Below, piece by piece: positions 53,873 through 64,000 of a DNA stretch of 64,000 nt. The translations under genes were made by a program, and so were the position numbers. Every line of letters begins with the position of its first letter. Within the stretch, counting starts at the first letter, position 1. The DNA is from a bacterium (GTDB lineage Bacteria; SAR324; NAC60-12): positions 608,001-672,000 of the forward strand of contig CBDBHR010000029.1 in the NCBI GenBank assembly GCA_965205865.1. The letters are read 5' to 3'. The notes beneath the pieces were generated by a model, which ran no database searches, was not told the origin of the DNA, and worked only from the letters and a program-made list of their open reading frames with translations.

Positions 53873-54856
53873 TTATTGGGATCGGTACGCCAGAAGCATG
53901 GTATTGACGATACTGTGGATATCGCTGTTTTGCGCTTGCCAGTCCAATAGTTGATGAGCTTTTTGAGAATCTGCCACAACAATAGGAGGATCCCCGGACC
54001 TTCGCGGTCTTATTTGTACAGGGAAATCCACTTCTGAAAGATCTTTGCTCACCTGAAGCACTTGCATCACGCTCAAACCCAAGGACGCGCCCAAATTGAT
54101 AACCTCGCTTTTGTTCTCTTTTTCCAAGTAATGTAGGGCACGGACATGAGCATCGGCCAAATCGTTGACGTGGATATAGTCTCGAATTCCTGTACCATCA
54201 GGAGTATCAAAATCCTGACCAAAAACTGGAACGAATTCGCGTTTCCCCATGATGGTTTCCATAACTATAGGGAATAAATTTAGTGAATTTTGCTCCAGCC
54301 CTTTCACCCTTCCTTGCAAATCATAACCGGCAGCGTTGAAATAACGCAGACTGACCGAACGCAGTCCTCGCAGTCGATCATACCAATGTAAAAGTTGCTC
54401 GATTTCCAGCTTTGTATAGCCGTAAAAACTAATTGGATGCGTGGGGTGCTTTTCATCCATTGGTGTGTATTGAGGCAATCCATAAACAGCAGCTGATGAA
54501 GAAAAAATGATTTTTGCTATTCCAGCTTTGACTGTTGCATTTAAGAGATTGATCGTCCCTGTCAAGTTATTTATTGCATACTTTTCAGGGTATTGCATCG
54601 ATTCTCCCGTTGCTTTCAAAGCTGCAAGGTGGATGACCGCATCCATTTTCTGCAAAGCTTGTTGAATTTGAGCAGAAAAAAGAATATCTCCCTGGATGAA
54701 TGGGACTTCTGGAAAAAGATTCGTTTTCAAACCCGTACTTAAATTATCAAATACAATGGGCTGATGACCTGCGTCCAGTAATGCTTGTGTCACATGGCTT
54801 CCAATGTAGCCTGCTCCACCAACCACAAGGACTTGCAACGAGGAGGAATTGTTCAT
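53873..54856 (-). CDS. galE: UDP-glucose 4-epimerase
   Basis: GGAGYIGSH, FSSSAAVYG, YGYTK, LRYFN, DGTGIRDYIHV. Confidence 0.95.
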   Translation of the reverse strand: MNNSSSLQVLVVGGAGYIGSHVTQALLDAGHQPIVFDNLSTGLKTNLFPEVPFIQGDILFSAQIQQALQKMDAVIHLAALKATGESMQYPEKYAINNLTGTINLLNATVKAGIAKIIFSSSAAVYGLPQYTPMDEKHPTHPISFYGYTKLEIEQLLHWYDRLRGLRSVSLRYFNAAGYDLQGRVKGLEQNSLNLFPIVMETIMGKREFVPVFGQDFDTPDGTGIRDYIHVNDLADAHVRALHYLEKENKSEVINLGASLGLSVMQVLQVSKDLSEVDFPVQIRPRRSGDPPIVVADSQKAHQLLDWQAQNSDIHSIVNTMLLAYRSQ

Positions 54857-54983
54857 TTCGGCACTTTCACTCTGAGTAATTTTATAACTATTTTACCTAT
54901 TCAGACCAAAGATTTTTATATGATCACGAAAGGAATGCCCAATCCGAAGGGAGTTTGCTTTATAGCCCAAGTACGAGTTTGAT

Positions 54984-57764
54984 TTGAACGATGCCATTTC
55001 TCTATTTTGCGTGTTTTCTATTTTTCTCATAATGAGGTATATTTTTATTTCAAAAGAAAGTAAAGAAAAGTATAGTACATTTTTCAGAGATAAATGGATG
55101 AGATTTTTGTTTGATTTGCTAAGGTGGATGAGAAAATGCGGGGATCAAAAAACCGGCCTCCGCTGGGAGATCTTTTTTTTATGGAGCCTTCTCATTTTCC
55201 CTGGTCCAATTCTCTTGGGACAAGAGACATCGGAGCAATTCATATCAACCAGATTGGGGACCTATTCCGTGAAACGCTCCCCTCCCACCTTGAGCAATCT
55301 TAAAACCATTCCTCTATTCGCAGATATTGCTCCCAGATTTCCAAATAGACCCTCTTGGCGCGAAACTGCAAATCCTCCAGGATTTATTTTTTTTGCCAAC
55401 GCTGAAGATCTGTATCAATCGGCACTTGACCGTTATAATAAAAGGGAGTTGCGCAATAGCCTGGATGAATTTGATGAAACGATTCAAAAATTTCCGGAAA
55501 GCCAATTTTACCAGGCAAGCTTATTTTGGAAATCCCAGATTTATATCCTGCTTAAACAATATGATGATGCTCAAAAAATCTTGCTACAAATCATAGAAGA
55601 CGGAAAACATTCGGAATACTTGCTGCGAAGTGCGCATATCCAGATTTGGCTCACTCTTTTTCGGGGAGACGCTCGTCAAGCAATCGACTATGCGAATCAA
55701 TACACTCAAACCATTCTAATGCCTGAAATTCTTGAAGAAATATTGCCTCTCCAAATCTTCGCCTATCTTAAAGAAAATCAGCATGTCGAAGCACTGAATT
55801 CCTTGTTGAAACTGCAGGAGCAATTTCCTCAGAACTCCCAATACTTTGAAAATACAGTTCAAATCGCGCAACTTTACCACCGACTCCAACAGTGGGACCC
55901 CGTCGACCCCCTGATTCAATCAGTCCACTCGCGTTTTAGAAACCATCATCAAATGGAACATTTGCTCTTGATCGGTTTATCCAGTGATCTACAAAGAAAG
56001 AATTGGCAAGCGGCCCAACAGAAATTGAGTTGGATGGAAGAAAATGTCATTCAAAAAAGAGACCTCTTTGCGCAAGGGTTTTTCTACTTCAATTTATGGC
56101 AGAATAATCCCGATCAGGCTGGACTGGGGTTGGACCAATTTTCCACGGACCAATTGAAAAGTGAAAATTTGCGTTTTCTGTTTCACTATGCTTTTGACAA
56201 GCAATGGTTCACCTTTCTAACTAATTTTGATTATGATGAATCCCTTATTTCAAAATGGGGACTGAATGCCCATTGGATTCTAGGATATGCTCATGACCAG
56301 TTGAAAGTACATGAAGAAGCTCATTTGGAATATCAAAAGGCTCTATCCTACGTGAAACAACCAGCTTGGAAAGAAAAACTGTCCTTTTATTTAGCATCCC
56401 TCGAGTTGCAAACCAATAATTTTGAAAAAGCCAGTAACCGACTGAATAGAATGTTGATTGATTACCAACAATCTCCGAAAAAATCGGAATATGTCTTTTG
56501 GTATGGCATCGCTCAGGGAGAATTAGGATCCTCCATGGTGCCTCTTATTCTCAAACAGGTCAATCCTACGCATGAAAGATTGGATGACAGCTTCTTTTAC
56601 CTGCAGCGTTTCTACCATGACGAACAAAATTGGGAGCGAACACGCTTTTATTTCAAAAAATTGATTTCATCCTTTCCTCAGACCCCATTTTTGTTGGATG
56701 CTTATTACTATCATGCAGACGCATTGTTTGCCATCCAACAGTATGAAGATGCAAACCAGGTATTGGAAGATTGGCGAAAAATGCAGCCTCGCGAAGAAAT
56801 GCCAACATCAATGAGAGTACTCTGGGTTCGTGTTCTGATGGAACTGAGACAGTTTTCGGAAGCCAACCTGTTATTGGAGCAGATAGAAGCCAGTGCTTTG
56901 AGTTTTGAAATGATTCAATTGAAAATCCGGTCCCTTATGGAACTGGGACGATTTGAAGCCGTGGTGGAAACCATTACCCATGTTTTGGAACGATCCTGGA
57001 ATGCGGAGCAATTGGGCTATCTCTATTTCACACGTGCCGAATCGGCTTATGTTTTGCCACATTCGGAGCAGACTATTCAGTTTTATCGTCAAGCACTCGA
57101 ATATAATCTCCATGGCGATGTGCGTTATCTCTATCATAAACTGGCAAAATTGACTTATGTTACCGGGAATTATGTGGAGTTTTTAGAATCGAGTGAAAAG
57201 GTTTTGCAAGGTCCGCCGGATCAGATGAGTGTCAATGTTCTCATTCTTCTCATCGAATATTATTTCCAATCGGGAAACAAAAACCGGGAACAGCAATATT
57301 TGCAAACATTGGCCATGAATTATGAACTTCAATTGAGCCGAGGTCCATTTTCTCCCTCAGCTAAAGCCGAGATACTCTTCGAATTGGCGATCGTGAAAAA
57401 AAGATTGGATTTGTATCAGGAAGCACATCAACTTTTGGATCAAATATTGGCCCTGGATGATTCGAATATACCCTCTTTTGACGTACTTAAAGAAAAAGGT
57501 GACATCGCGCTCCTGGCCAAACAATTCAATCAGGCAGCTGCCCTTTTTTTGAAAGTAATTTATCTGGATGCGAATGCTCAACCTGTTGAAAAATTCAATC
57601 TCCTCAGAAAAATTGCTTTTAGTTATGAACAAGTAAAAAAATTCAAGCAAGCCGAATCGGTTTACCAAAAGATGTTGCAGGAATTCGAAGATCAAGACCT
57701 TCAGAAACAAGCCAGAGATTACCTGGAAAGATTGAAAGTTTTTCCACGTGAAACACAAGAATGA
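54984..57764 (+). CDS. large TPR-repeat protein, probably exported
   Basis: Repeated TPR-like helices and a hydrophobic N-terminal segment; true start probably 55097-55128. Confidence 0.8.
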   Translation: MNDAISLFCVFSIFLIMRYIFISKESKEKYSTFFRDKWMRFLFDLLRWMRKCGDQKTGLRWEIFFLWSLLIFPGPILLGQETSEQFISTRLGTYSVKRSPPTLSNLKTIPLFADIAPRFPNRPSWRETANPPGFIFFANAEDLYQSALDRYNKRELRNSLDEFDETIQKFPESQFYQASLFWKSQIYILLKQYDDAQKILLQIIEDGKHSEYLLRSAHIQIWLTLFRGDARQAIDYANQYTQTILMPEILEEILPLQIFAYLKENQHVEALNSLLKLQEQFPQNSQYFENTVQIAQLYHRLQQWDPVDPLIQSVHSRFRNHHQMEHLLLIGLSSDLQRKNWQAAQQKLSWMEENVIQKRDLFAQGFFYFNLWQNNPDQAGLGLDQFSTDQLKSENLRFLFHYAFDKQWFTFLTNFDYDESLISKWGLNAHWILGYAHDQLKVHEEAHLEYQKALSYVKQPAWKEKLSFYLASLELQTNNFEKASNRLNRMLIDYQQSPKKSEYVFWYGIAQGELGSSMVPLILKQVNPTHERLDDSFFYLQRFYHDEQNWERTRFYFKKLISSFPQTPFLLDAYYYHADALFAIQQYEDANQVLEDWRKMQPREEMPTSMRVLWVRVLMELRQFSEANLLLEQIEASALSFEMIQLKIRSLMELGRFEAVVETITHVLERSWNAEQLGYLYFTRAESAYVLPHSEQTIQFYRQALEYNLHGDVRYLYHKLAKLTYVTGNYVEFLESSEKVLQGPPDQMSVNVLILLIEYYFQSGNKNREQQYLQTLAMNYELQLSRGPFSPSAKAEILFELAIVKKRLDLYQEAHQLLDQILALDDSNIPSFDVLKEKGDIALLAKQFNQAAALFLKVIYLDANAQPVEKFNLLRKIAFSYEQVKKFKQAESVYQKMLQEFEDQDLQKQARDYLERLKVFPRETQE

Positions 57765-58432
57765 CGGATTTTAAAATCATTGCAATTGATGGTCCCACTG
57801 GAAGTGGAAAAAGCACCATTGCCCGGCTTTTGGCTCAGGAAAAACAATTTCTTTATGTGGACACTGGGGCCATGTTTCGATGTCTGGCATATGTTTGGAA
57901 ACGGCAAGGGATGAATGAGAGCGAAGCGGCATTGCAACAATTAGAGCTGGACACAAACATTCGATTTGAGCCAAGGGGTAGAGTCTTCTGCAACGGCGTG
58001 GATATCAGCCATGCAATTCGAAAAGAAGAAATCTCGCAGATGGCGTCACAGATCAGTCGATTTTCCGGGATTCGATTCAATATGAAAGAACGGCAGCGTC
58101 AAATTGTAGAAGATGCCAAAGGGGCTGGAAAATACGAGGGAGCCGTTCTAGAAGGTCGTGATATAGGGACAGTCGTTTTTCCCGATGCAACGTTTAAGTT
58201 TTTTTTAGACGGAGATCAAGGTGTTCGAGCCCAACGTCGTCACCAACAGTTGCTGACCCAAGGAGAAGATCTACCCTATGAAAAAATTTTCAATGCTTTG
58301 GAAATCCGTGATGCCCAAGACAGTACTCGTGAGCTTGCCCCCTTGCTGCCTGCCAAAGATGCAATCCACGTGGATTCTACTCATTTGTCTATTCCGGAAG
58401 TACTGAAAACGATCAGTGAGCGAATCAATTGA
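57761..58432 (+). CDS. cmk: cytidylate kinase
   Basis: IAIDGPTGSGKST, DTGAMFR, EGRDIGTVVFPDA, RD..D..R..APL. Confidence 0.96.
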   Translation: MTDFKIIAIDGPTGSGKSTIARLLAQEKQFLYVDTGAMFRCLAYVWKRQGMNESEAALQQLELDTNIRFEPRGRVFCNGVDISHAIRKEEISQMASQISRFSGIRFNMKERQRQIVEDAKGAGKYEGAVLEGRDIGTVVFPDATFKFFLDGDQGVRAQRRHQQLLTQGEDLPYEKIFNALEIRDAQDSTRELAPLLPAKDAIHVDSTHLSIPEVLKTISERIN

Positions 58433-58510
58433 TTCCGGAATTTTTTTAGTTGTGATCTTTCCCGTGAATTTTATCATTATCCTCACTATTATCTTCCTCT
58501 TGAGAAAGTC

Positions 58511-59719
58511 ATGAAAGCCGTGATATTGGCCGCAAATCGAAGTGAGCGGCTCAGCCCATTCACTGAAACTCGGCCCAAACCAATGATCCGCATTGCCGGA
58601 AAATATATCTTGGAAAGCACCATTGAATTTTTAAAAGAAGTGGGGATTCGGGACATTCTCTTGGTAGTCAATTATAAAAAGGAGATGATACGAGATTATT
58701 TTGCCCATGGGGATCATTTTGGAGTCAATATAGAATATGTGTTTCAGGAATCGATCGAAGGGATTGGACATGCATTGCGCTTATGTGAAGCGGCTTTAGG
58801 CAGTCTTGAACCATTTCTTTTGGTTTATGGAGACGTGCTGGCCGATGGCAACATCTTTCATGAAGCTCTGAAAGTCCACTACGAAACGGGAAATGATTTG
58901 GCCGTTGTGACATTGCCTCCTTCTTCTGAAGAATTTGGCAATGTATACTTGGATCACGAAATGAAAATCCGCCGCCTTATTGAAAAACCTCGGGAAGGCC
59001 AGCGGGCCAATTATGTGTTTTCCGGAATTTTTGTGCTTTCTTCTTGCGTTTTCCGACACTTGGTGACGTATCAAAACGATATGGAGCAATGCTTTCAGGC
59101 ATTGATTCGCGACAATGGACTGCAGGCAACACTATGGGAAAATGGATGGATCGATATCATTTATCCGTGGCATATCTTGGAAGCCAATAAGATGATGATG
59201 AATCTTTGGCAGGAAGCCCGAGTTCATGATTCGGTACGCATGAAAGGACAAGTTCATCTGGAAGGACCTCTCATTGTTGAGAAAAATGTGGTGATTGAAT
59301 CCGGCACTATTCTTCAAGGCCCTTGTTACATTGGACAGAATTCCTATGTGGGAAACAATAGTTTGCTACGCCACTATAGTGTCTTGGGTCCCGATTCAAT
59401 TATCGGTTATGGCTGTGAATTGAAAAATTGTGTTTTGCTGGGAGCCAATTCCGTCGGAAGACTGTCTTTTGTGGGGGATAGCGTCGTGGGAGAGAACGTG
59501 AAACTGGGATCAGGGATTACTACAGTCAATCATTGGTCTGATTTTTTAGAAATCGATTATACCTCTCATGGCAAGACAGTCAACTCCAGACTGAAAAAGC
59601 TCGGTTCTTTTATAGGTGACAACGTGATCATTGGTGCCCGGCATACCCTCGCTCCGGGGACTGCCATTCAGCCGAATGAAGTGATTCCTAATAATCTCTC
59701 TCTTCCCTCTAATCGTTAG
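58511..59719 (+). CDS. bifunctional sugar-1-phosphate nucleotidyltransferase/acetyltransferase (archaeal GlmU-like)
   Basis: TRPKPM nucleotidyltransferase domain, W.DI.YPW..LEAN, hexapeptide repeats, RLKKLGSFIGD; directly upstream of glmS. Confidence 0.85.
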   Translation: MKAVILAANRSERLSPFTETRPKPMIRIAGKYILESTIEFLKEVGIRDILLVVNYKKEMIRDYFAHGDHFGVNIEYVFQESIEGIGHALRLCEAALGSLEPFLLVYGDVLADGNIFHEALKVHYETGNDLAVVTLPPSSEEFGNVYLDHEMKIRRLIEKPREGQRANYVFSGIFVLSSCVFRHLVTYQNDMEQCFQALIRDNGLQATLWENGWIDIIYPWHILEANKMMMNLWQEARVHDSVRMKGQVHLEGPLIVEKNVVIESGTILQGPCYIGQNSYVGNNSLLRHYSVLGPDSIIGYGCELKNCVLLGANSVGRLSFVGDSVVGENVKLGSGITTVNHWSDFLEIDYTSHGKTVNSRLKKLGSFIGDNVIIGARHTLAPGTAIQPNEVIPNNLSLPSNR

Positions 59720-59728
59720 GGAACATTT

Positions 59729-61549
59729 ATGTGTGGAATTAGCGGGATCGTCAGTACGAACAATATTGCGAAAGATTTATTGAGTTCAATCCGTAATTTG
59801 GAATATCGGGGATATGACTCGTGCGGGATGGCTACCTTCAAGAATGGAAAAATTCTTACAAAAAAAAACACAGGGACGGTTGATGAAGTCGATAAAAAGG
59901 AACAACTGAGTCTAATGACGGGCACGGTGGGCATTGCTCATACACGCTGGGCAACTCATGGCGGGGTGACTCAAGATAACTCTCATCCGCACTTTTCGGC
60001 CAATGAGGAGTTTGCCATTGTGCATAATGGCATTTTTACCAATTATCAAGAATTGAAAGAGAAACTCCTCGGGGAAGGCACGATTTTTCGATCGATGACT
60101 GATTCGGAAGTTTTTGCTCATTTGATCGAACGGGCTTATAAGCAATGCCATAATGTGGAAGAAGCCTTTGTCACAGCTCTCAATCAAGTCGAAGGAGCCT
60201 TTGCTACGGCAATGCTCACCGTTCATCAACCCGAGTATCTGTATTGCGCAAAAAATATCTCCCCTTTGATTTTAGGCATGGGTGAGGACCGTCATTATAT
60301 TGGATCCGATATCAATGCATTTCTCGAATTCACCAAGACCGCGATCTCCCTTGATGACGACGATTACGCCATTCTCAGCAAAGATCAGTATTGGATCAAA
60401 AATGCGAAAACCCGGCGACCCGTCCAAAAACAAACCTTTACCATTAATTGGGATATAGAAACGACGAAAAAAGGTGGCTATTCTCACTATATGCTCAAAG
60501 AAATTTTTGACCAACCCCACACTGCCAAGCAAGCATTGAAAATAGAAATAAGAAAAATCAGGAAAATGGCGGCCATGGTCCAACAGTCTCGGCAATGCTT
60601 TTTGGTAGGTGTGGGAACTACTTTTTACGTGGCGATGGTCGGACAGTATTTATTTACTCAATTCGCCAGACGCTATCTGCCTGCTGTGAGCTCGGATGAA
60701 TTCCAAGATAATGCCATTCTGACAAAAGCCGATATGATGCTGACCGTTTCTCAATCAGGAGAAACCTATGATACTAAAATGGCTATCAACTTTGCCCGAA
60801 CTCAACAGACTAAAACTGCGGCAATCGTCAATGTGATGGGTTCTGCCATCAGTATGATGGTCGATCATGTCATCATGCAGGACTCTGGCGCGGAAATATG
60901 CGTGGTCTCCACGAAAGCCGCCTTTTCCCAGATGATCATACTATTGCGAATTGTACTGGAACTGGCTCTCACTGAAACGCAACTATCCCCAAGCGACTAT
61001 GAAAAATATTGTAATATTCTCAGTGAATTTCCTGAAATCATTGAAACGGCTTTGAATGAACAATCCGGATTCATTCGCAATATGGCCCGTCAATCCAGTC
61101 AAGTGCATAACTGGTTGTTTCTTGGTTGTGGAATTTATTACCCGATTGCTATGGAATCCGCCTTGAAAATGAAAGAAGTGACGTATCTACATTCAGAAGG
61201 AATGTCGACTGGTTTTCTGAAACATGGCACCCTCGCCATGATAGATGATTCTTTGTATTCTTTGTTTTTTATCCCCCCTCCTGAACAACAGGAATTGCAC
61301 CATCGTACCCTGGTCGCTGTGGAAGAAATCAAAGCGCGGGGAGGGACTGTATTGGGATTTGTTTTTGATGGGGATAGTAAAGCAATCGCCTTGCTGGATC
61401 ATTGGATCCAATTGCCTCGAGTACATTATTTGGTCGCTCCTTTCTTGCAATTGATTATGGCACAACTTTTTGCCTACTATACCGCTTTGGATTTAGGTCG
61501 TAATATCGACAAACCCAGAAATTTGGCCAAATCCGTCACCGTAGCTTAA
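59729..61549 (+). CDS. glmS: glutamine--fructose-6-phosphate aminotransferase
   Basis: MCGI, LEYRGYDS, AHTRWATHG, SQSGET, PRNLAKSVTV. Confidence 0.97.
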   Translation: MCGISGIVSTNNIAKDLLSSIRNLEYRGYDSCGMATFKNGKILTKKNTGTVDEVDKKEQLSLMTGTVGIAHTRWATHGGVTQDNSHPHFSANEEFAIVHNGIFTNYQELKEKLLGEGTIFRSMTDSEVFAHLIERAYKQCHNVEEAFVTALNQVEGAFATAMLTVHQPEYLYCAKNISPLILGMGEDRHYIGSDINAFLEFTKTAISLDDDDYAILSKDQYWIKNAKTRRPVQKQTFTINWDIETTKKGGYSHYMLKEIFDQPHTAKQALKIEIRKIRKMAAMVQQSRQCFLVGVGTTFYVAMVGQYLFTQFARRYLPAVSSDEFQDNAILTKADMMLTVSQSGETYDTKMAINFARTQQTKTAAIVNVMGSAISMMVDHVIMQDSGAEICVVSTKAAFSQMIILLRIVLELALTETQLSPSDYEKYCNILSEFPEIIETALNEQSGFIRNMARQSSQVHNWLFLGCGIYYPIAMESALKMKEVTYLHSEGMSTGFLKHGTLAMIDDSLYSLFFIPPPEQQELHHRTLVAVEEIKARGGTVLGFVFDGDSKAIALLDHWIQLPRVHYLVAPFLQLIMAQLFAYYTALDLGRNIDKPRNLAKSVTVA

Positions 61550-62017
61550 AGCCTTCCCTATCCCTTCCTCACTCTCGAGTTTCGATACGTCTCCCTAAAA
61601 ATTCGTAATTTTGACGAATAAATGCTTTCTTTGGACCGGTTTTTATATTGATTACAAATAAACCCCTTTTGAAAGATTGAGGAAATGGAAATGTTCCCTG
61701 CCGCTCTATTTTTTCCCTTCGGACAAATGACAAAAATCGTGATTGCTTGATTTGAAACTGGCCATGCTCCATTTTTTCTGAACGTTCAGAAAAAAAGGAT
61801 GCCGGAGAAGATCAATGCGCAATTGTCGAATGGAAGCGAATGTTTGCGATTAACCCTCTGTCGTTGATAAAAATCCTAAGTCCGCAAAAATTATGGCTTC
61901 TAAAATCGACGCTGCGGTTTTTTTTTGTAAATAACCTGAGTTCGAGATAAGAATTTAATAAATTCAATATGTTATGGAATCTTCATATCTTAGAGTAACC
62001 TTGTCATTCCTGCGAAA

Positions 62018-63754
62018 CAGGCTGTTGCAGATTTTATTTGCTTTTTCCAGGTGGATTTTGCTACACTTTTCATAGTCTAGTATCTGGTTTGAGTCCACTT
62101 TTCATATAACCATAGTAAAAATGGATTTCTATTATGGGTTTTCTGAGTAATGATCGTTCCACCCTCCAATTATCCACCACCGATTTGAACCACTTGATCC
62201 CGGATAACGATAAATGCCGTTTTGTGGTAGATTTCGTTTCCCGCTTGGATTTATCCTCGCTTTATGGCTCCTACAAATCGCAAGGGGGGGATGCCTATGA
62301 TCCGGCGATTCTGTTAGCGACCTGGTTTTATGCCTACAGTGAAGGCATTGAGAGTAGTCGTGTTTTGGAGAAACTTTGTAAACGCGATCTTTGTTATATC
62401 TATGTTTCAGCGCATCTGACCCCCGACCACTGTGCCTTGAGCCGGTTCCGTCGTCGTCATTTGCAACGCCTGCCCTTCTATTTTGAGCAATTGATTCAAA
62501 TGGCCATTGATCAGCAGGTCTCCGGTTTCGCTGAAATAAACCTTGACGGTTCGAAGCTGAAAACCTCTGCCAGTAAGAAACGCTCGAAAAATGCAGAACA
62601 ATTAGAACGTCTTTTAGAAAAAACGCGTCAATCGATCGCCTCCCCTCTAAATTGCGAGTCTGAAGATCATCAAGGCGATGAAGAAGACTTAGCCGCCCTT
62701 CGTGGCGAAAAAGCCCGTCTTGAGCAATTCGAAGCAACGATTCTCCAATCTCAGCAAGATCTTCAAGCGCGTCAGCAAACCCTCAAACCCGAACATCGGG
62801 ATGGCCATAAGATCAATCTGACCGATGCCGACGCACGCATGATGCCCTCGATTAACACACCCGGTTATAATGTGCAGGCAGCCGTCGATCGTGCCACTCA
62901 TCTGATTGTGGCCGCTGAGGTGGTCTGCGAAGCCAACGATACCCAACAATTTGCGCCGATGCATCAACAGGCAGAAACCCACCTTCCCGAAGATCGGCAA
63001 CGTCGTTATAATATGGATGCCGGTTATCATAGTTTTGAGCAACTCAACTATATCGAGCAGCATCAGATTGATGCCGTCATTGCCGACCCGCAACCGCAAA
63101 ATAGAGCCAACCCTCTCCAGCCGACCCCCCTGGAAGAATTACTGCAAAACGATCGAAAGCTCGAACGTTCTGATTTTTTCTTCGATGCAAAAAATGATGT
63201 CTATCAGTGTCCCAATGGGCAACAGCTCTCCTTTCAGCGTAACTTCAAGCGGGGCCAGGCCCAAGGGAGCACCTATCAGGCCCCATCCTGTGAAGATTGT
63301 CCCCTCGCTCAGCGGTGTCTGCCCCCGAAGAATCGCTCGCGACTCAAACAGATCCATCGCCAAGAGCGCGAGCCCTACGCCGAAGCCATGCGCAATAAAT
63401 TGCAAACCCCAGAAGCCAAACAACGACTCAAAACGCGCATGAGTACCGTCGAACCGGTCTTCGGCAACTTGAAGGCCAATCTCGGTTTTACCTCATTTCG
63501 ATTTCGAGGGCAGAGACAAGTCAAAGGCGAATTTATGCTCATGGCCATTGCTCACAACCTCAATATTCTCTATCGCCTCCTTGAGGTGATTCGATTGATT
63601 CGCTTTCTCTACGCTTCATACGCAAAGGTTTATATGATTCTAACAATTTTAAAGATCAAAAACCATTTCATCATTATGATGAGAATTGGGATCATACCCC
63701 GTTCTCACTGATTGTATGACCCGTTATGCAGGCAAAAAAATCTGCAACAGCCTG
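62018..63754 (+). mobile_element. IS1182-family IS
   Basis: TIR CAGGCTGTTGCAGATTTT; 4-bp target duplication GAAA. Confidence 0.92.
62134..63711 (+). CDS. IS1182-family transposase
   Basis: SSRVLE, PDH..LSRFR, LDGSK, TDADAR, YNVQ, DAGY, VEPVFG. Confidence 0.93.
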   Translation: MGFLSNDRSTLQLSTTDLNHLIPDNDKCRFVVDFVSRLDLSSLYGSYKSQGGDAYDPAILLATWFYAYSEGIESSRVLEKLCKRDLCYIYVSAHLTPDHCALSRFRRRHLQRLPFYFEQLIQMAIDQQVSGFAEINLDGSKLKTSASKKRSKNAEQLERLLEKTRQSIASPLNCESEDHQGDEEDLAALRGEKARLEQFEATILQSQQDLQARQQTLKPEHRDGHKINLTDADARMMPSINTPGYNVQAAVDRATHLIVAAEVVCEANDTQQFAPMHQQAETHLPEDRQRRYNMDAGYHSFEQLNYIEQHQIDAVIADPQPQNRANPLQPTPLEELLQNDRKLERSDFFFDAKNDVYQCPNGQQLSFQRNFKRGQAQGSTYQAPSCEDCPLAQRCLPPKNRSRLKQIHRQEREPYAEAMRNKLQTPEAKQRLKTRMSTVEPVFGNLKANLGFTSFRFRGQRQVKGEFMLMAIAHNLNILYRLLEVIRLIRFLYASYAKVYMILTILKIKNHFIIMMRIGIIPRSH

Positions 63755-63899
63755 GAAAGCAGGAATCCAGAGGTATGCAGCCAGACTGAAATCTGGATCC
63801 CCGCATTCGCGAGGATGACATATACACTAGGATACTCATATTATTAAATTCTTATCTCGAACTCAGGTTAAATATTTATCTGAACATGCTAAAAATTTT

Positions 63900-64000
63900 C
63901 GGAATGATAGACATTAAGGCTTAAGCGATTAATGGTAAGTTAGGTCTCTTTCCTTGACTAATAGCATATTCCTTTCTGCAATCCGCTCATTTGTAACGTC
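63900..64000 (-). mobile_element. end of a second IS1595 copy, runs off the window
   Basis: Matches 5293-5393. Confidence 0.9.

Larger units (their letters stand above)
61933..63869. mobile_element. second MITE copy, interrupted by IS1182
   Basis: Arms 61933-62017 and 63755-63869 rebuild the 273-490 element. Confidence 0.85.

Overview
Two AT-rich housekeeping flanks bracket a ~48 kb decayed accessory island (~5.1-53.8 kb). The left flank carries aroK, mnmA and a split F0 ATP synthase cluster atpZ-atpI-atpB-atpE; the right flank carries galE, a large TPR protein, cmk, a GlmU-like nucleotidyltransferase and glmS. The gene set and split atp operon suggest a deltaproteobacterial/SAR324-like host (inference only). 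The island is a mosaic of Dpp/Opp-type ABC transporter genes and fragments, catabolic enzymes, toxin-antitoxin remnants and many IS elements (IS1595, IS5, IS1380, IS256, ISNCY-like, IS91-like, IS110; an IS1182 lies in the right flank). It also holds one RT-encoding group II intron, two ORF-less copies of it and a second ORF-less intron nested in one copy. Most notable signals: (1) a short GGGG(A/T)CAG motif family that flanks a RAYT-type HUH transposase gene, forms inward-facing mini-pairs, sits at gene-fragment breakpoints and is the insertion site of all three copies of the intron; (2) three copies of a sigma70 promoter + period-7 repeat tract + conserved structured RNA-like core; (3) a solitary attC-like TA cassette. 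No rRNA, tRNA or CRISPR array was recognised. All calls come from reading the sequence by eye; no database searches were run.
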